The translations under genes and the position numbers were made by a program. A stretch of DNA of 64,000 bases from an uncultured delta proteobacterium (GTDB taxonomy: Bacteria; Desulfobacterota; Zymogenia; Zymogenales; Zymogenaceae): contig CAVTLK010000004.1 in the NCBI GenBank assembly GCA_963735595.1, positions 32,001-96,000 of the forward strand, written 5' to 3'. Numbering within the stretch: position 1 is the stretch's first letter; each line of letters starts with the position of its first letter. Under the pieces are notes generated by a model. The model worked only from the letters and a program-made list of their open reading frames with translations, was not told the origin of the DNA and searched no databases. Shown here one piece after another: positions 48,046-58,538 of this stretch.

Positions 48046-50615
48046 AGGGCAGAACATTGTCGTCGTGACGGCCACGTCGAGCGGCAAGACTCTATGCTAC
48101 AACCTCCCCGGTCATCGAGCGCTTGCTTGTTGAGCGGGAGGGCAGAGCCCTCTACATCTATCCCATCAATGCGCTGGTGAATGATCAGCTCAAGAGCCTG
48201 TTCAAGATTAACCTGGCGCTGGGCCGGGAAGCCCTTGGAGTTGCCCGATACACTGGCTCGCTCAGCGCGGAAAAGCGTCGCGATACGCGTGCTCGCCAAC
48301 CGAACATCTTCCTTACCAATCCCGAGATGGTGCATCTGAGCTTTTTACTGTGGCATCAGAATTGGCAAGACCTGTGGCGTAACCTGCGTTTCATCGTCAT
48401 CGACGAGGTGCACACCTACCGAGGGGTGTTCGGCTCGAACATGGCTCAACTCCTTCGCCGTGTCCTGCGTATGGCAGAGCATTACGGGGCCATTCCCCAA
48501 TTCGTCTGTTGCTCAGCAACGATCGCCAACCCCAAGGAATTGGTCCAGAACTTGATAGGCCGTGAGTTCCACGTCGTCGATCACGATGGTGCCGGCCGCG
48601 GGCAACGTTATTTCGTGCTCTGGAATCCGCCACTGACCAGTGCAGATGGAAGCAATGTTCGCCGCTCCTATGTTGAGGAGTCAGTGGACTTGCTACTGCA
48701 TTGCATTCGCGCAAGCTACAATACCATCCTCTTTGCCCGCGCCCGTCGATTGACGGAACGCATGTTGCGGCTGACCAAGGCAACGAACCAAACGCTAGTC
48801 GAGACCAACCATGGACAGGCAATTAGCTCTTACCGCGCCGGGTACCTGTCTGAGGAGCGAGAGGAGATCGAGTCCAGGCTCAAGACAGGGGATATTAGAG
48901 GTATCATCACCACCAATGCGCTAGAGATGGGCATCGATATCGGCGGGCTCGATGCCGCCATCATTGCGGGGTACCCGGGAACCATCATGTCTACCTGGCA
49001 GCAGGCCGGACGCGCGGGACGGCGGGGACGTGACGCGCTGATCTTCCTCGTTGCTTCCCAGAACCCTCTGGACCAATACTATATGGGCCATCCACAGGAG
49101 TTCTTTGCCCGACCCCACGAGCTGGCTGTGGTCGATCTGCAGAACCCCTACATCCGGCTCAAACACCTTCTTTGTGGCGCAAGGGAGTTGCCCTTGACCG
49201 CAGACGAATTGTCCCGCATGGAGCCTGACTTGCAGGACACGGTCTACGAGCTGCGAGACCGGCAGCTCTTGGAGCCCTGCAAGCTAGCCGACAACTCGGA
49301 AGGCTTGACTTGTCCTCAGGGCCGGCGCGATATTCACTTTCGTGTGGCGCTTCGCTCTGCCAGCCATGAGACCTTTCATATCCTGGACCAGGACCGCAAT
49401 GAGATCGGCACGATAGAGCCACCGAACGCCTATCGCGAAGCACACCCGGGGGCCATCTATCAGCATGGCGAGGACGACTACCGCGTCGTCTCCCTCCGCA
49501 AAAGGGATAACACCATCCTGGTACGTCCAGAGGCTGCTCCGCATTACACTCGGTCGCTGAGTATGCTTGGCGTCCATATCGAGGGTATCCATGCCTCGCG
49601 TTTCCTGACCCCTGCCGAGTCGGGAGTCGGAACGCCCTTCGGGGTGGTCCACGGTGATGTTTTGGTGGAAGAAAAGGTCTACGGCTACGAAGAGCTCCAG
49701 TGGGGCACGGAGGAAATGGTCAAGCGGGTCAATCTCGACTATCCCTTGATTATGCGCTTGCATACCACGGCTATGTGGTTGACGTTGCCTCCTGGGCTGG
49801 AACAATGGCTCTCGGTCCGGATTGGTCTGCAGGTGACTGACGATGCGGATGCGACAGAACCACTCGATGGGGAAGCTCTACTGGCACGAGGATTGCACGG
49901 CGTCGAGCACCTTCTCACCGGCGTCTTGCCCCTTCTCGTCATGTGTGATCGGCGTGATGTGGATGGTTATCACCTCCTCAGGCTCCCGGGGCTCGATGCC
50001 CCAGCGGTTTTTGTGTACGATTCCTACGAAGGAGGGATCGGCCTGGCGGAGGTCGCCTACCAGCGTGTCACCGAGCTGTTGCAGCTGGCCTACAGCACCG
50101 TCGCGAGTTGTCCATGCAATGCGGGGTGCCCCTCGTGCATTCAGTCGGGTGCCTGTCGTCAGCGCAATGACATGCTGCATAAAGGGGCTGCGCAAGCTAT
50201 TCTGGCCCTTCTTGCGGAGTCAGGCTCTATGCCCAGTGGCGCGGGACCCCTACTGGACTCCCCAATCAACTCCCTAGCCGCACATGGGCAGAGCATGGCC
50301 CGCCCTGACATGAGCCGGAAGCGAGCCCTGCAAGATTTGCTGGAGCGTACTCGTGAGCAAGGCATTCGCCAGCGTATTTCGGCATCGGAGAAGGCGGAAT
50401 CCAGTGTCCCGGGCGAGTCCCGTTTTGTACGAGGCGATCAGGTCGAGTATTCGCTCTATGGACGGGGTACCGTTCTCTCTCCCCGCCTGGATGGCGATCG
50501 GCAGATCGTTATTGTGCGCTTTGCGCACCGCAACCTGGTGAAAGAGATCGATGGATCACGGTGCACGCTGCTCAAAAGGGGCGATGACGCTGACAAAATA
50601 GAACAAATGTACTAA
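48046..50615 (+). CDS. DEAD/DEAH-box helicase with DUF1998 (YprA/MrfA/Hrq1-like), 5'-truncated, frameshift near 48110
   Basis: GQNIVVVTATSSGKT (Walker A, hand-read), DEVH, SAT, LEMGIDIG, QQAGRAGRRG, EAHPGAIY, YDSYEGGIG, CPCNAGCPSC. Confidence 0.92.
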
Positions 50616-50618
50616 TAT
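50590..50618 (+). promoter_or_regulatory. sigma70-type promoter with a LexA box (GAAC-N4-GTAC) in the spacer
   Basis: CTGACA (50590-50595), 17 nt, TAATAT (50613-50618). The spacer contains GAACAAATGTAC (50601-50612). Confidence 0.7.
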
Positions 50619-50674
50619 GGGATCATGGATGGAGGCCTTGTTGCATCACGATCTACAGTGATCGGAGGCCAGGG

Positions 50675-51795
50675 ATGGACCTGCTGCAAAAGATTGACGT
50701 GCTGGGCGAGTCCGCACGCTTTGATATCTGCCGAGGATGTGGAAGCCACGACAGCCGGGTCAAAGACGACCTGGGACGCTGGATCTATCCGGCTGTGCGA
50801 CCTGATGGCAAGCGCATCGACATGCTCAAGATACTACAGAGCAATGTCTGCGAAAAAGACTGCGCCTATTGCGCCAATCGGAGCGACCGCGATGTGCACC
50901 GTATGACCTTCAAGCCGGATGAGTTGGCCCGCGGTTTTTCCGAGTTGCTGCGTCGCGGACGTGTGCAGGGGCTCTTTTTGAGTTCGGGCGTGTGTGGGAA
51001 TGTAGGCCAGGCCACGGAGCGCATGCTGGCCACCGTGGAGATCCTGCGACGCCGGTATCTTTTTGGCGGCTACATTCACCTCAAGATCCTTCCGGGCGCC
51101 GACGATGCCAGTATTGAGGCTGCTGTGCGCATGGCAAACCGAGTTTCGGTAAACTTGGAAGCTCCCAATGCACGTCGCATTGGCGCGTTGAGCAAAGGCA
51201 AGGATTTCGAGCAGGACCTGGTGATGCCGCTGCGCAAAGCCCACAGAATCAGGCAGTATATCGGGCGCGCCGTCAGCATGACCACCCAATTCGTGGTGGG
51301 CGCCGCAGACGAGTCTGACAGCGAGATCCTCACGACCTCGACACAGCTCTACGGCGACTTGCGCCTCGCCCGTGCTTACTACAGTGCTTTTCAACCCATT
51401 AGCGACACGCCTTGGAGAACCACCCTGCCACGCCCGCATGGCGCGAGCATCGCCTCTATCAGGCCGATTTTCTGTTGCGGCAGTATGGGTTCGGGTTGCA
51501 GGAGATCGTCTTCCAACAGGATGGTAACCTGGCCCGCGAAGTGGATCCCAAGCTCCAGTGGGCGCTCCATCATCCCGAGTTCTTTCCTCTTGAGATTAAC
51601 ATAGCTAGCTCTGAGGAGTTGTTGCGCGTGCCGGGCATTGGGCCCGTATCGGCGCAACGTATCGTGCAGCAGCGCAGGCAGGGCAGGCTCAAGGATCTCA
51701 GCCATATCTGCTTGGGCGGCGCAGATAGCGGACGCGCTGCGCCTTTCATCCTTCTTGATGGAAAACGGCCCAACTTCCAGTTATCTTTCTGGTGA
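50675..51795 (+). CDS. putative DNA modification/repair radical SAM protein with C-terminal HhH (TIGR03916-like), frameshift near 51411
   Basis: CEKDCAYC, GLFLSSG, YIHLKILPG, TQFVVGA, YYSAFQP, then REHRLYQADFLLRQYGF, DPKLQWA, LLRVPGIG. Confidence 0.9.
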
Positions 51796-51858
51796 TCCCG
51801 CCCCCGCTACAGTATAATGGGTCGCACTCTACGATAATGACTTGAGGAGGGGGATGCC

Positions 51859-53011
51859 ATGTTGGCCACGAGAGAGAAATTGGAGACCCTGGAGGCTCAG
51901 CAACTTGCCCCTTATGCCCAACTATCCCAGAACTCGCGTGGGCGCACACATCCCGAGCCTGAACACGGCTACCGCACGGCTTTCCAACGAGATCGCGACC
52001 GCATCCTGCACACCACAGCCTTTCGGCGACTGGAATACAAGACCCAGGTTTTTGTGATCGATGAGGGGGATTATTACCGCACGCGCCTTACGCACACACT
52101 TGAGGTGGCGCAGGTTGCACGTACCTTGGCGCGCACTCTGCTGGTCAATTCCGAGCTAACAGAGGCGATCGCTATGGCGCATGACCTGGGCCATACCCCT
52201 TTTGGACACGCCGGCGAAGCTGCCCTTCACGAACTGATGGCAGAGAAGGGGGGGTTCAATCACAATACTCAGAGCCTGCGCATTGTAGAAGTCTTGGAGA
52301 TTCGCTATCCCGACTTTGCCGGACTGAACCTCACCTGGGAGGTCCGCGAAGGGATCATCAAGCATGCCACGGATTATGATACGCCGGAGGCGATAGCCTA
52401 CGAGCCGAACTGCCGCTCCTCTGTGGAAGGGCAGATCATTAACCTGGCCGACGAGATCGCTCTACAATACCCACGATCTGGATGATGGTCTGCGCTCGGG
52501 AATCATCGATCCCAAGCAGCTCCGGAGCTTGGAGCTTTGGGATGAAACCCTGGAGGCCCTCGACTTGTGTGGGCACGAAGTAACGGAGCTGGAGAGGCGT
52601 CGTATCATTCGCCACCTAGTGAACCTCGAAGTGACCGACGCCCTGGAAGCGACAGATCTCGCCTTGCAGCAGGCCAACCCCCAATCCCCCGATGAGGTGC
52701 GTCATCTAGCCCAGGATGTGGTGCGTTTCTCCCCATCGATGAAGCGGAAAAACCAGGAATTGAAGAGCTTTATGCTCAAGAATATGTACCATCACTGGCG
52801 GGTGATGCGCATGTCCGAGAAAGCCAAGCGAATGCTCACCCAGTTGTTCCAGACCTACGAGGCTGCACCCTACCAGCTACCTGACTGGGTACAGGCACGC
52901 GTGGATGGTGAAGGGTTGGAGCGGGTCATCTGTGACTATGTCGCCGGAATGACAGATCGGTTCGCCATGCAAGAGTTCCGCAAAATGTTCGATCCGGACG
53001 AACGAGTTTAG
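51859..53011 (+). CDS. dgt: deoxyguanosinetriphosphate triphosphohydrolase (dGTPase), frameshift near 52463
   Basis: [48 protein letters not shown] (other frame), [11 protein letters not shown]. Confidence 0.92.
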
Positions 53012-53058
53012 ACCGGGCGCTTGACTGATAGCCAGACGGCGTTGTAGGACAACAGCCG

Positions 53059-54413
53059 TCAAGGCAACTGGTCGTTTTTCTCCGCAATGAGCTCGACGCG
53101 CAGTCGCTCAAAATGCGCGTTCCCTTTCTCCCTATCCTGAAGATACGAGAATTCCTGAACAGTGGCCGTAACCACTAGTGAGAGGGTCTCCAAGGGGATG
53201 ATGGCGCCCGGCTGGACCACCATCACGTCGCCCTTTTCGGCGAGTCTGGAGTTCAGTGCGGGGTCGTTGAAAGCATACTCGCTCACTAGAATCTGGCGCA
53301 CCGTGCGAATGTCGCCCTTGTCGAATAGCCATATCTCAAAGGCATCCACCCTCTGTGGCCCTTCTCCCACGGCATAGTCCACCGCGCCGACACCGCATTC
53401 ACCGAGAAACTCGTGATCGGGCGTCTCAATCGTGAAATTGCAGTCAAAATCGTCGTCGCCATAGGCATAGTCCGCCTCCCAGATGCCCAAGACATCGGGG
53501 GGCAACTCACTGCGTGCCACCTCGGGATGTACTATGGCGCGAGAGGCGATCTCTCTCCTCCTCTTCTTCTTCCTCTTCCCAATCCTCATTCAGGTCCAAC
53601 GGGGCAACCGCCTCCTGCTCTGGGAGCGCTTCCGGTGCAACGGGGGGCGCCTGGGGCTCTGCTGTAGCTGCCCCCTGTTCTTCAGGAGCGATGTACTCGC
53701 CCGGGACGGTTAGCTCTGCATCGAGTGGCTCCTCAATATCTTCGACTATGTCCGTCTCGCCCGCTAGGGCCTGCGCCGAGGCTGTTGATCGATAGGTCGC
53801 CCTGTTCTCCAATGGTGGCGTGGCATCGCCTGACACAGTGGTCGTAGTCACCGTCCGGGTTTGTGTTACTTTGGCACGGGCGGCCTGTAATGGGGAAGTC
53901 GACACTGCCGCTGCTTCGCCGGCGCCAGTGAGTAGGAGCCAAGCCGCTAGGCCGATCAACAGTACCAGGGCAATAACCAGGACAGGCAGAAGCAAGGGGT
54001 TATCCGAAAACCGGATACGGTATTGTGGCTCCTGGAACTGGGCAGCGGTTGCTGATGGCATCTGCAAAGTCTGGGCCATGCGCCGAATCAAGAGAGCGCC
54101 TCCGGCATCCCCTGCGTTTTCTCGCTCTCTGGCAACGCGATCCACCAAGTTGGCCACCTGTGCCCAAGAGGTGCTTCTTCTCATCCTGCAATTCGGCAAG
54201 CCCCTGTCGCGCCTGCTCCACATTGCCAGTCTGAGCAAACGATTCGGCCGCCATACGCACATAGGCTTTCTGGTGCTCGATCCGCAGATCAGAGGGGTCC
54301 GTATTATACCATGTGACTGGCCAGATCTGCCAGCCGAATAGCAGTCCAAATAGCGTACCCAGCACCAGAGTGATCAGCATAAAAGGCAAGGCACTACGTA
54401 CTCGAGCTTCCAT
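53059..54413 (-). CDS. hypothetical membrane protein with acidic linker, two frameshifts (~54160, ~53570)
   Basis: N-terminal TM plus GWQIWPVTW...PSDL, second TM, EDWEEEEEEEE linker, C-terminal domain EFLGECGVG...AFEIWLFDKGDIRT. Resembles proteins I associate with Anaerolineae. Confidence 0.65.
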
Positions 54414-54418
54414 GTGGG

Positions 54419-54980
54419 TCATCTCCTCTGCACTACCGGCATCTTGGGCGCCCCGGTCAGTACACGACATCCCTCCGCCGTCACGACGACCATATCCTCG
54501 ATACGATCACCCGCCCCAGCCAGGAATATAGATCCCCGGCTCGACTGTCACCACAGTCCCTACTTGAAGCAGATCCTTCGATGTGACACCTGCGCGTGGC
54601 TTCTCGTGGATCGCCAGACCAACACCATGGCCCAAGCCATGGCCGAACTTGCCCTCATAGCCGGCGCCATAGATCATCTGGCGCGCTATAGCATCTACTT
54701 GTGCCCCTGGCAACCCGGGGACGATCGCTGCCTCGGCGGCTTGTTGCGCCTGAAGAACTAGTTCCCAGATACGACGGTACTCGTCACTGGCGTGGCCGAG
54801 GCAAAAAGAGCGGGTCAGGTCAGAGCAGTATCCCTCGTACTTGGCCCCCATGTCGATCACGACAGGATCACCGCGTTGTATGGCCCGATCAGACGTGACC
54901 GCATGGGCCATAGCCGCATTTGGCCCAGAGGCTACAATCGTTGTGAATGATACTTGCTCGGCGCCGTGTGTACGCATATG
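54419..54980 (-). CDS. Xaa-Pro aminopeptidase (M24), C-terminal part, 5'-truncated, frameshift near 54510
   Basis: VASGPN.AMAH, IDMGA..GYCSDLTR, FGHGLGHGVGLAIHE, VTVEPGIY, then RIEDMVVVT after the shift. Confidence 0.9.
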
Positions 54981-55410
54981 TACAAGAACCCCGAGGCCAC
55001 CAAGAACGCCATCAAGGACGGTTGGGTCCACTCCGGCGACCTGGGGAAAATGGACGACGAGGGCTACATCACCCTGGTCGACCGTAAGAAAGACATGATC
55101 ATCACCGGCGGCGAGAACGTCTACAGCAAGGAAGTGGAGGACGCCATCTTCGAGAACCCCAAGGTGGCCGACGCCGTCATCATCGGCATGCCGCATCCCA
55201 CCTGGGGCGAGACGGTAACGGCCGTCGTGGTGACCAGGCCAAATGAGACGCTCACCCTCGACGAGCTCAGGGAATTCCTCACAGACAAGGCTTGCGGACT
55301 ACAAGATCCCGCGGAAACTGGAAGTCATCGAAGCCCTGCCGCGCAACGTTGCCGGCAAGGTCCTCAAGTACCAGCTCAGGGACCAGTTCAAGGCAAAGGC
55401 GGACAAATAG
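54981..55410 (+). CDS. acyl-CoA synthetase / AMP-binding enzyme, C-terminal fragment, frameshift near 55290
   Basis: YKNPEAT...GWVHSGDLG...DRKKDMIITGGENVYSKEVE...WGE, then YKIPR...LPRNVAGKVLK after the shift. Confidence 0.9.
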
Positions 55411-55442
55411 CAGGGCCGGGGGTACTATAACTATAGGCGGCT

Positions 55443-56153
55443 ATGGAAAGGATAAGGAACATGGACATCAAGGAAATCTTTATGTATCCTACCCAGGATA
55501 AGGAGTGGTCGGTCAAGATGATCATCGGTATCGCGCTCTCGCTCCTGCCGATCGTCAACTTCTTCTGCACGGGCTACGCCTACCGGATATTCAAGGCGGG
55601 GCTCACCGGGCGCCCTCCCACGATGCCGGAATGGGACGAGTGGGGAGATATCTTCATCCAGGGCTTCATGATCTTCCTGTTGCGCCTTGTCTACTTTTTG
55701 ATACCGCTGGTATTCCTGGGGACGGGATCGGTGTTTCTTATCGGCGCCTTCGTGCTCAAGGAAAGGACCGGCATTTTCCCGGAAGGTATCATCCTGCCGG
55801 CGGCCGTGTTTTTCGGCGTCGGTGCGATACTGGCGATCGTGGCCGCGGTCCTCTTCCCGATGGCGCTTGCCCTCTACGCGAAAAGTAACGAGCGGTTCGG
55901 GGCCGCCTTAAGGATATGGGAGGTCGTGCATAACATCTTTAAGGCATTTGACGACTACGCCATCGCGGTCGTGTTGATGATATGCGTTTTCTTCGCCTAC
56001 TTCGTCCTCTCCGCGATACCGTACCTCGGCATCCTTATTGCCGTTCTCCTCACGTTTTACATCAAGTACCTCTTCTACTACGCGCTGTTCGGATCGGCGT
56101 GCGCGGGTGCGTTTGAGAAGGCCGCCGCGGCCGACAACCCGACCGGCGCATAA
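55443..56153 (+). CDS. DUF4013-like membrane protein
   Basis: YPTQDKEWSVKMIIG...LPIVNFFCTGY...MPEWDEWGDIFIQG pattern, multiple TM segments. Confidence 0.8.
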   Translation: MERIRNMDIKEIFMYPTQDKEWSVKMIIGIALSLLPIVNFFCTGYAYRIFKAGLTGRPPTMPEWDEWGDIFIQGFMIFLLRLVYFLIPLVFLGTGSVFLIGAFVLKERTGIFPEGIILPAAVFFGVGAILAIVAAVLFPMALALYAKSNERFGAALRIWEVVHNIFKAFDDYAIAVVLMICVFFAYFVLSAIPYLGILIAVLLTFYIKYLFYYALFGSACAGAFEKAAAADNPTGA

Positions 56154-56183
56154 TAGGCCGAGATGCCGGGACTGTGCTGAATG

Positions 56184-56220
56184 AAAACGGGCGACGATCT
56201 TCGGATCGTCGCCCGTTCTT
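56184..56220. terminator. hairpin terminator between convergent DUF4013 gene and tmk
   Basis: AACGGGCGACGATC-TTCG-GATCGTCGCCCGTT perfect 14-bp stem with a cUUCGg loop, flanked by A and T runs. Confidence 0.8.
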
Positions 56221-56243
56221 CGTATCCCTTCCAAATAGTATCC

Positions 56244-56888
56244 CTACGAGGTGAGGGTATCAAGGAACTCGGCCGCCGCCACCCGGATCCGGTCGAAGAC
56301 CGCGTCTTGCCCGAGCATTCCGTCCACCGTGATTACAAACGGCAGGCACGCCATATGCCCGTCGAAGATCTCCTTGACCCGGTTCAGGTACTCCTCGCGC
56401 TCGAAGGAGGTGAAGCCGCCGCGGGCTCGTTTGATGCGCCTTAAGCCTTCCGCCACGCTGATCGAGATATAGAATACGCGGTCGGGCGCCGGCGCGAAGG
56501 CCTCGTTTTCGATCCGTATCCGCTCGGGGTCGATGCCGCGGGCGCCCTGGTATGCCATCGTCGAAAAGTAATAGCGGTCAAGAACCACGACTCGTCGATC
56601 GGCAAGCGCCGGCCCGATGTTCTCTTCGACGTTTTGCTTCCGGTCGAGCAGGAATAGCTCGTACTCCCGCTCGGGGTCTTCGCGCCGCCTGTTGGCGTGG
56701 GCGGCCAGTCGGATCTTCTTTCCATATTTCCCGTCGGTCGGCTCCCTCAGTAAAGCAACATCGTATCCCTCGCGCGCGAGGTGGTCGCCGAGACGCCCGG
56801 CCTGCGTGGACTTCCCCGAACCGTCGATGCCTTCGATAACGAACAGAACGCCCCGGGAGATATCCTTCTTGTGCGCCGGATGAGACAT
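56244..56888 (-). CDS. tmk: thymidylate kinase
   Basis: IEGIDGSGKSTQ, REP, LDRYYFSTMAYQG, PD motif. Start at ATG 56888. Confidence 0.93.
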   Translation of the reverse strand: MSHPAHKKDISRGVLFVIEGIDGSGKSTQAGRLGDHLAREGYDVALLREPTDGKYGKKIRLAAHANRRREDPEREYELFLLDRKQNVEENIGPALADRRVVVLDRYYFSTMAYQGARGIDPERIRIENEAFAPAPDRVFYISISVAEGLRRIKRARGGFTSFEREEYLNRVKEIFDGHMACLPFVITVDGMLGQDAVFDRIRVAAAEFLDTLTS

Positions 56889-57191
56889 GGAGAATCTATA
56901 ACACAGCCGACAAAATAAAACAATGGCAGAGAGCCGAAAAATGCGGCCCATAAGACGGGCGATCCCGGACACACGATCTCGTTACCGCTTGCAGAGGGTG
57001 TTCTTTTATCGGGACCGCCGCTACTAATCTTTCTTTTCAATACAGAAACGATATATTATAATTGGGTATTGACTCGCGAAGCGTACGGCATCGCCCGTGC
57101 CGGCAGCCAAGGCCCCGGGCCGATCGAACAGGAGATATCGGCATAAAAAGTGACCGGGGTCACCATGCCCCGCCGACTATAATATTATACT

Positions 57192-57219
57192 TTGACACTC
57201 AAAGAAAAAATGGTATACT
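57192..57219 (+). promoter_or_regulatory. near-consensus sigma70 promoter for the second DUF4013 gene
   Basis: TTGACA (57192-57197), 16 nt, TATACT (57214-57219) preceded by TG. AGGAGG RBS before ATG 57250. Confidence 0.7.
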
Positions 57220-57249
57220 TTATAGGGTTTATTAAAAAGGAGGTTGACT

Positions 57250-57937
57250 ATGGCATTAGATATCGGAAAGGCGTTTAAGTTCCCGCTCGCCGATCCCAAC
57301 TGGGTCGTTAAGGTTATCATAGGAACGGTCTTGAGCTGGATTCCGATCGTTAACTTTTTCTCTTTCGGCAACGCGTATCGCGTCTTCAAGAAGGTCCTCA
57401 ATAAGGGGGAGCCGGCGCTCCTCGAGTGGGACGACTGGGGCGGCTTCTTCATTGACGGCCTTAAGGTCTTCGCGATTTATCTCGTCTACATGATCGTCCC
57501 GATACTCCTTATGTTTGCCGGTCAGGGCTTGATCGGCAGCGCCATGTATAAAATGGCTATGGGCGGCTCCGGCGGTGGCGTTATGGCACTCGGCTGGATC
57601 GTTTATATCATCGCGATTATTCTGAGTATCTGCCTGGGTATTATCATGCCTATGGCCGTCGCTTATTTCGCCAAGAACAACGAGGACTTCGGGGCGATTT
57701 TCCGTTTTAAGGAAATCATCGCATCGGTCTTCAAGGTCATCGGGGACTATATCCTGGTTATCGCGATAGCGGTCGGCGTCGGTATCGTCTTCGCCGTCAC
57801 GTTCATGATAATCATCGGATTCATCCTGCTGCCGATTAGTATGTTCTACCTGATGGTTGTCTTCGCCACGCTGTACGGGCAGGCGTTTGCGCCCGCCTTC
57901 GACGGGGCGCCGGCTCGCGCCGGCAAAGAAGGCTTAA
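57250..57937 (+). CDS. DUF4013-like membrane protein (paralog); true stop probably TAA 57935-57937 after a one-base error
   Basis: FKFPLADPNWVVKVIIG...IPIVNFFSFG...LEWDDWGGFFIDG. Removing one base gives ...GAPAAPAKKA* just before a terminator; the track ORF reads through that terminator to 58002. Confidence 0.78.
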
Positions 57938-57959
57938 TTCCTCAGGTACGGTGCGCTAC

Positions 57960-57986
57960 AAGGGGGGCGTGTGCCCCCCTTTTTTT
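57960..57986 (+). terminator. Rho-independent terminator
   Basis: AGGGGGGC-GTGT-GCCCCCCT stem followed by a T run. Confidence 0.8.
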
Positions 57987-58009
57987 AGGTATTCTTCAAT
58001 AAAACGTCT

Positions 58010-58480
58010 ATGAAATCCAACTCCCCGACCGCGCGTCTCAGTTTTAAGGATCGCAAATCGTTTTTTCTGCTCCAGGCGGTCGGGAGAGAATTCCCGGACA
58101 TCGACGACTACTGGGATGGGAATTGGATCCTTATTAAGGCGTCGCTCGGCATGCCGGGGCTCTCGGTTCAGATCACCGATCCCTGTATCCGGGTGGACGA
58201 GCTGGAGGCCTTTCTCCTGGAGCTCAGGAGCTTTTCCCTCGGACACCTCAACGCCGTGGAGTCGTCTTTCCGGGAGCCCGTGCTATCCATCGGGATTCAA
58301 TCCCCGGAGCCGGGAGAGGAAGACCTCCTCGCCCGTATCGAGATCAACGTCTTCACCGATGACGGCGTCGCCGGAACCGTGGCCGAGATGGACCTTCGGA
58401 ACGATAGTCTTGATCTCTTCATCCGGGGTATCGAAGACATACTCCGTGAATACCCGGTGCTGGCGCGGGAGACTCACTGA
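58010..58480 (+). CDS. hypothetical protein, WapI-like immunity family
   Basis: REFPD..DYWDGNW...ELEAFLLEL...F.EP.L motif resembles WapI-type proteins. Confidence 0.55.
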   Translation: MKSNSPTARLSFKDRKSFFLLQAVGREFPDIDDYWDGNWILIKASLGMPGLSVQITDPCIRVDELEAFLLELRSFSLGHLNAVESSFREPVLSIGIQSPEPGEEDLLARIEINVFTDDGVAGTVAEMDLRNDSLDLFIRGIEDILREYPVLARETH

Positions 58481-58538
58481 CCGGGATACGGGATCGCATC
58501 CACAAATCCGGGATAATTCAAAGGGAGCACCGTACGCC

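Noticed and set aside
48046..53011. DISARM/Druantia-type or dGTPase anti-phage defence island
   Set aside because: No methylase, DrmA/B/C, PLD or other defence genes are visible. The helicase is a single-chain YprA/MrfA type, the dGTPase looks like the short housekeeping form, and the LexA box suggests repair.
48040..54980. Horizontally acquired genomic island in the Bacteroidota genome
   Set aside because: Both borders cut genes mid-frame, there is no integrase, tRNA or direct repeat, and the sequence beyond 54980 does not return to the first genome.
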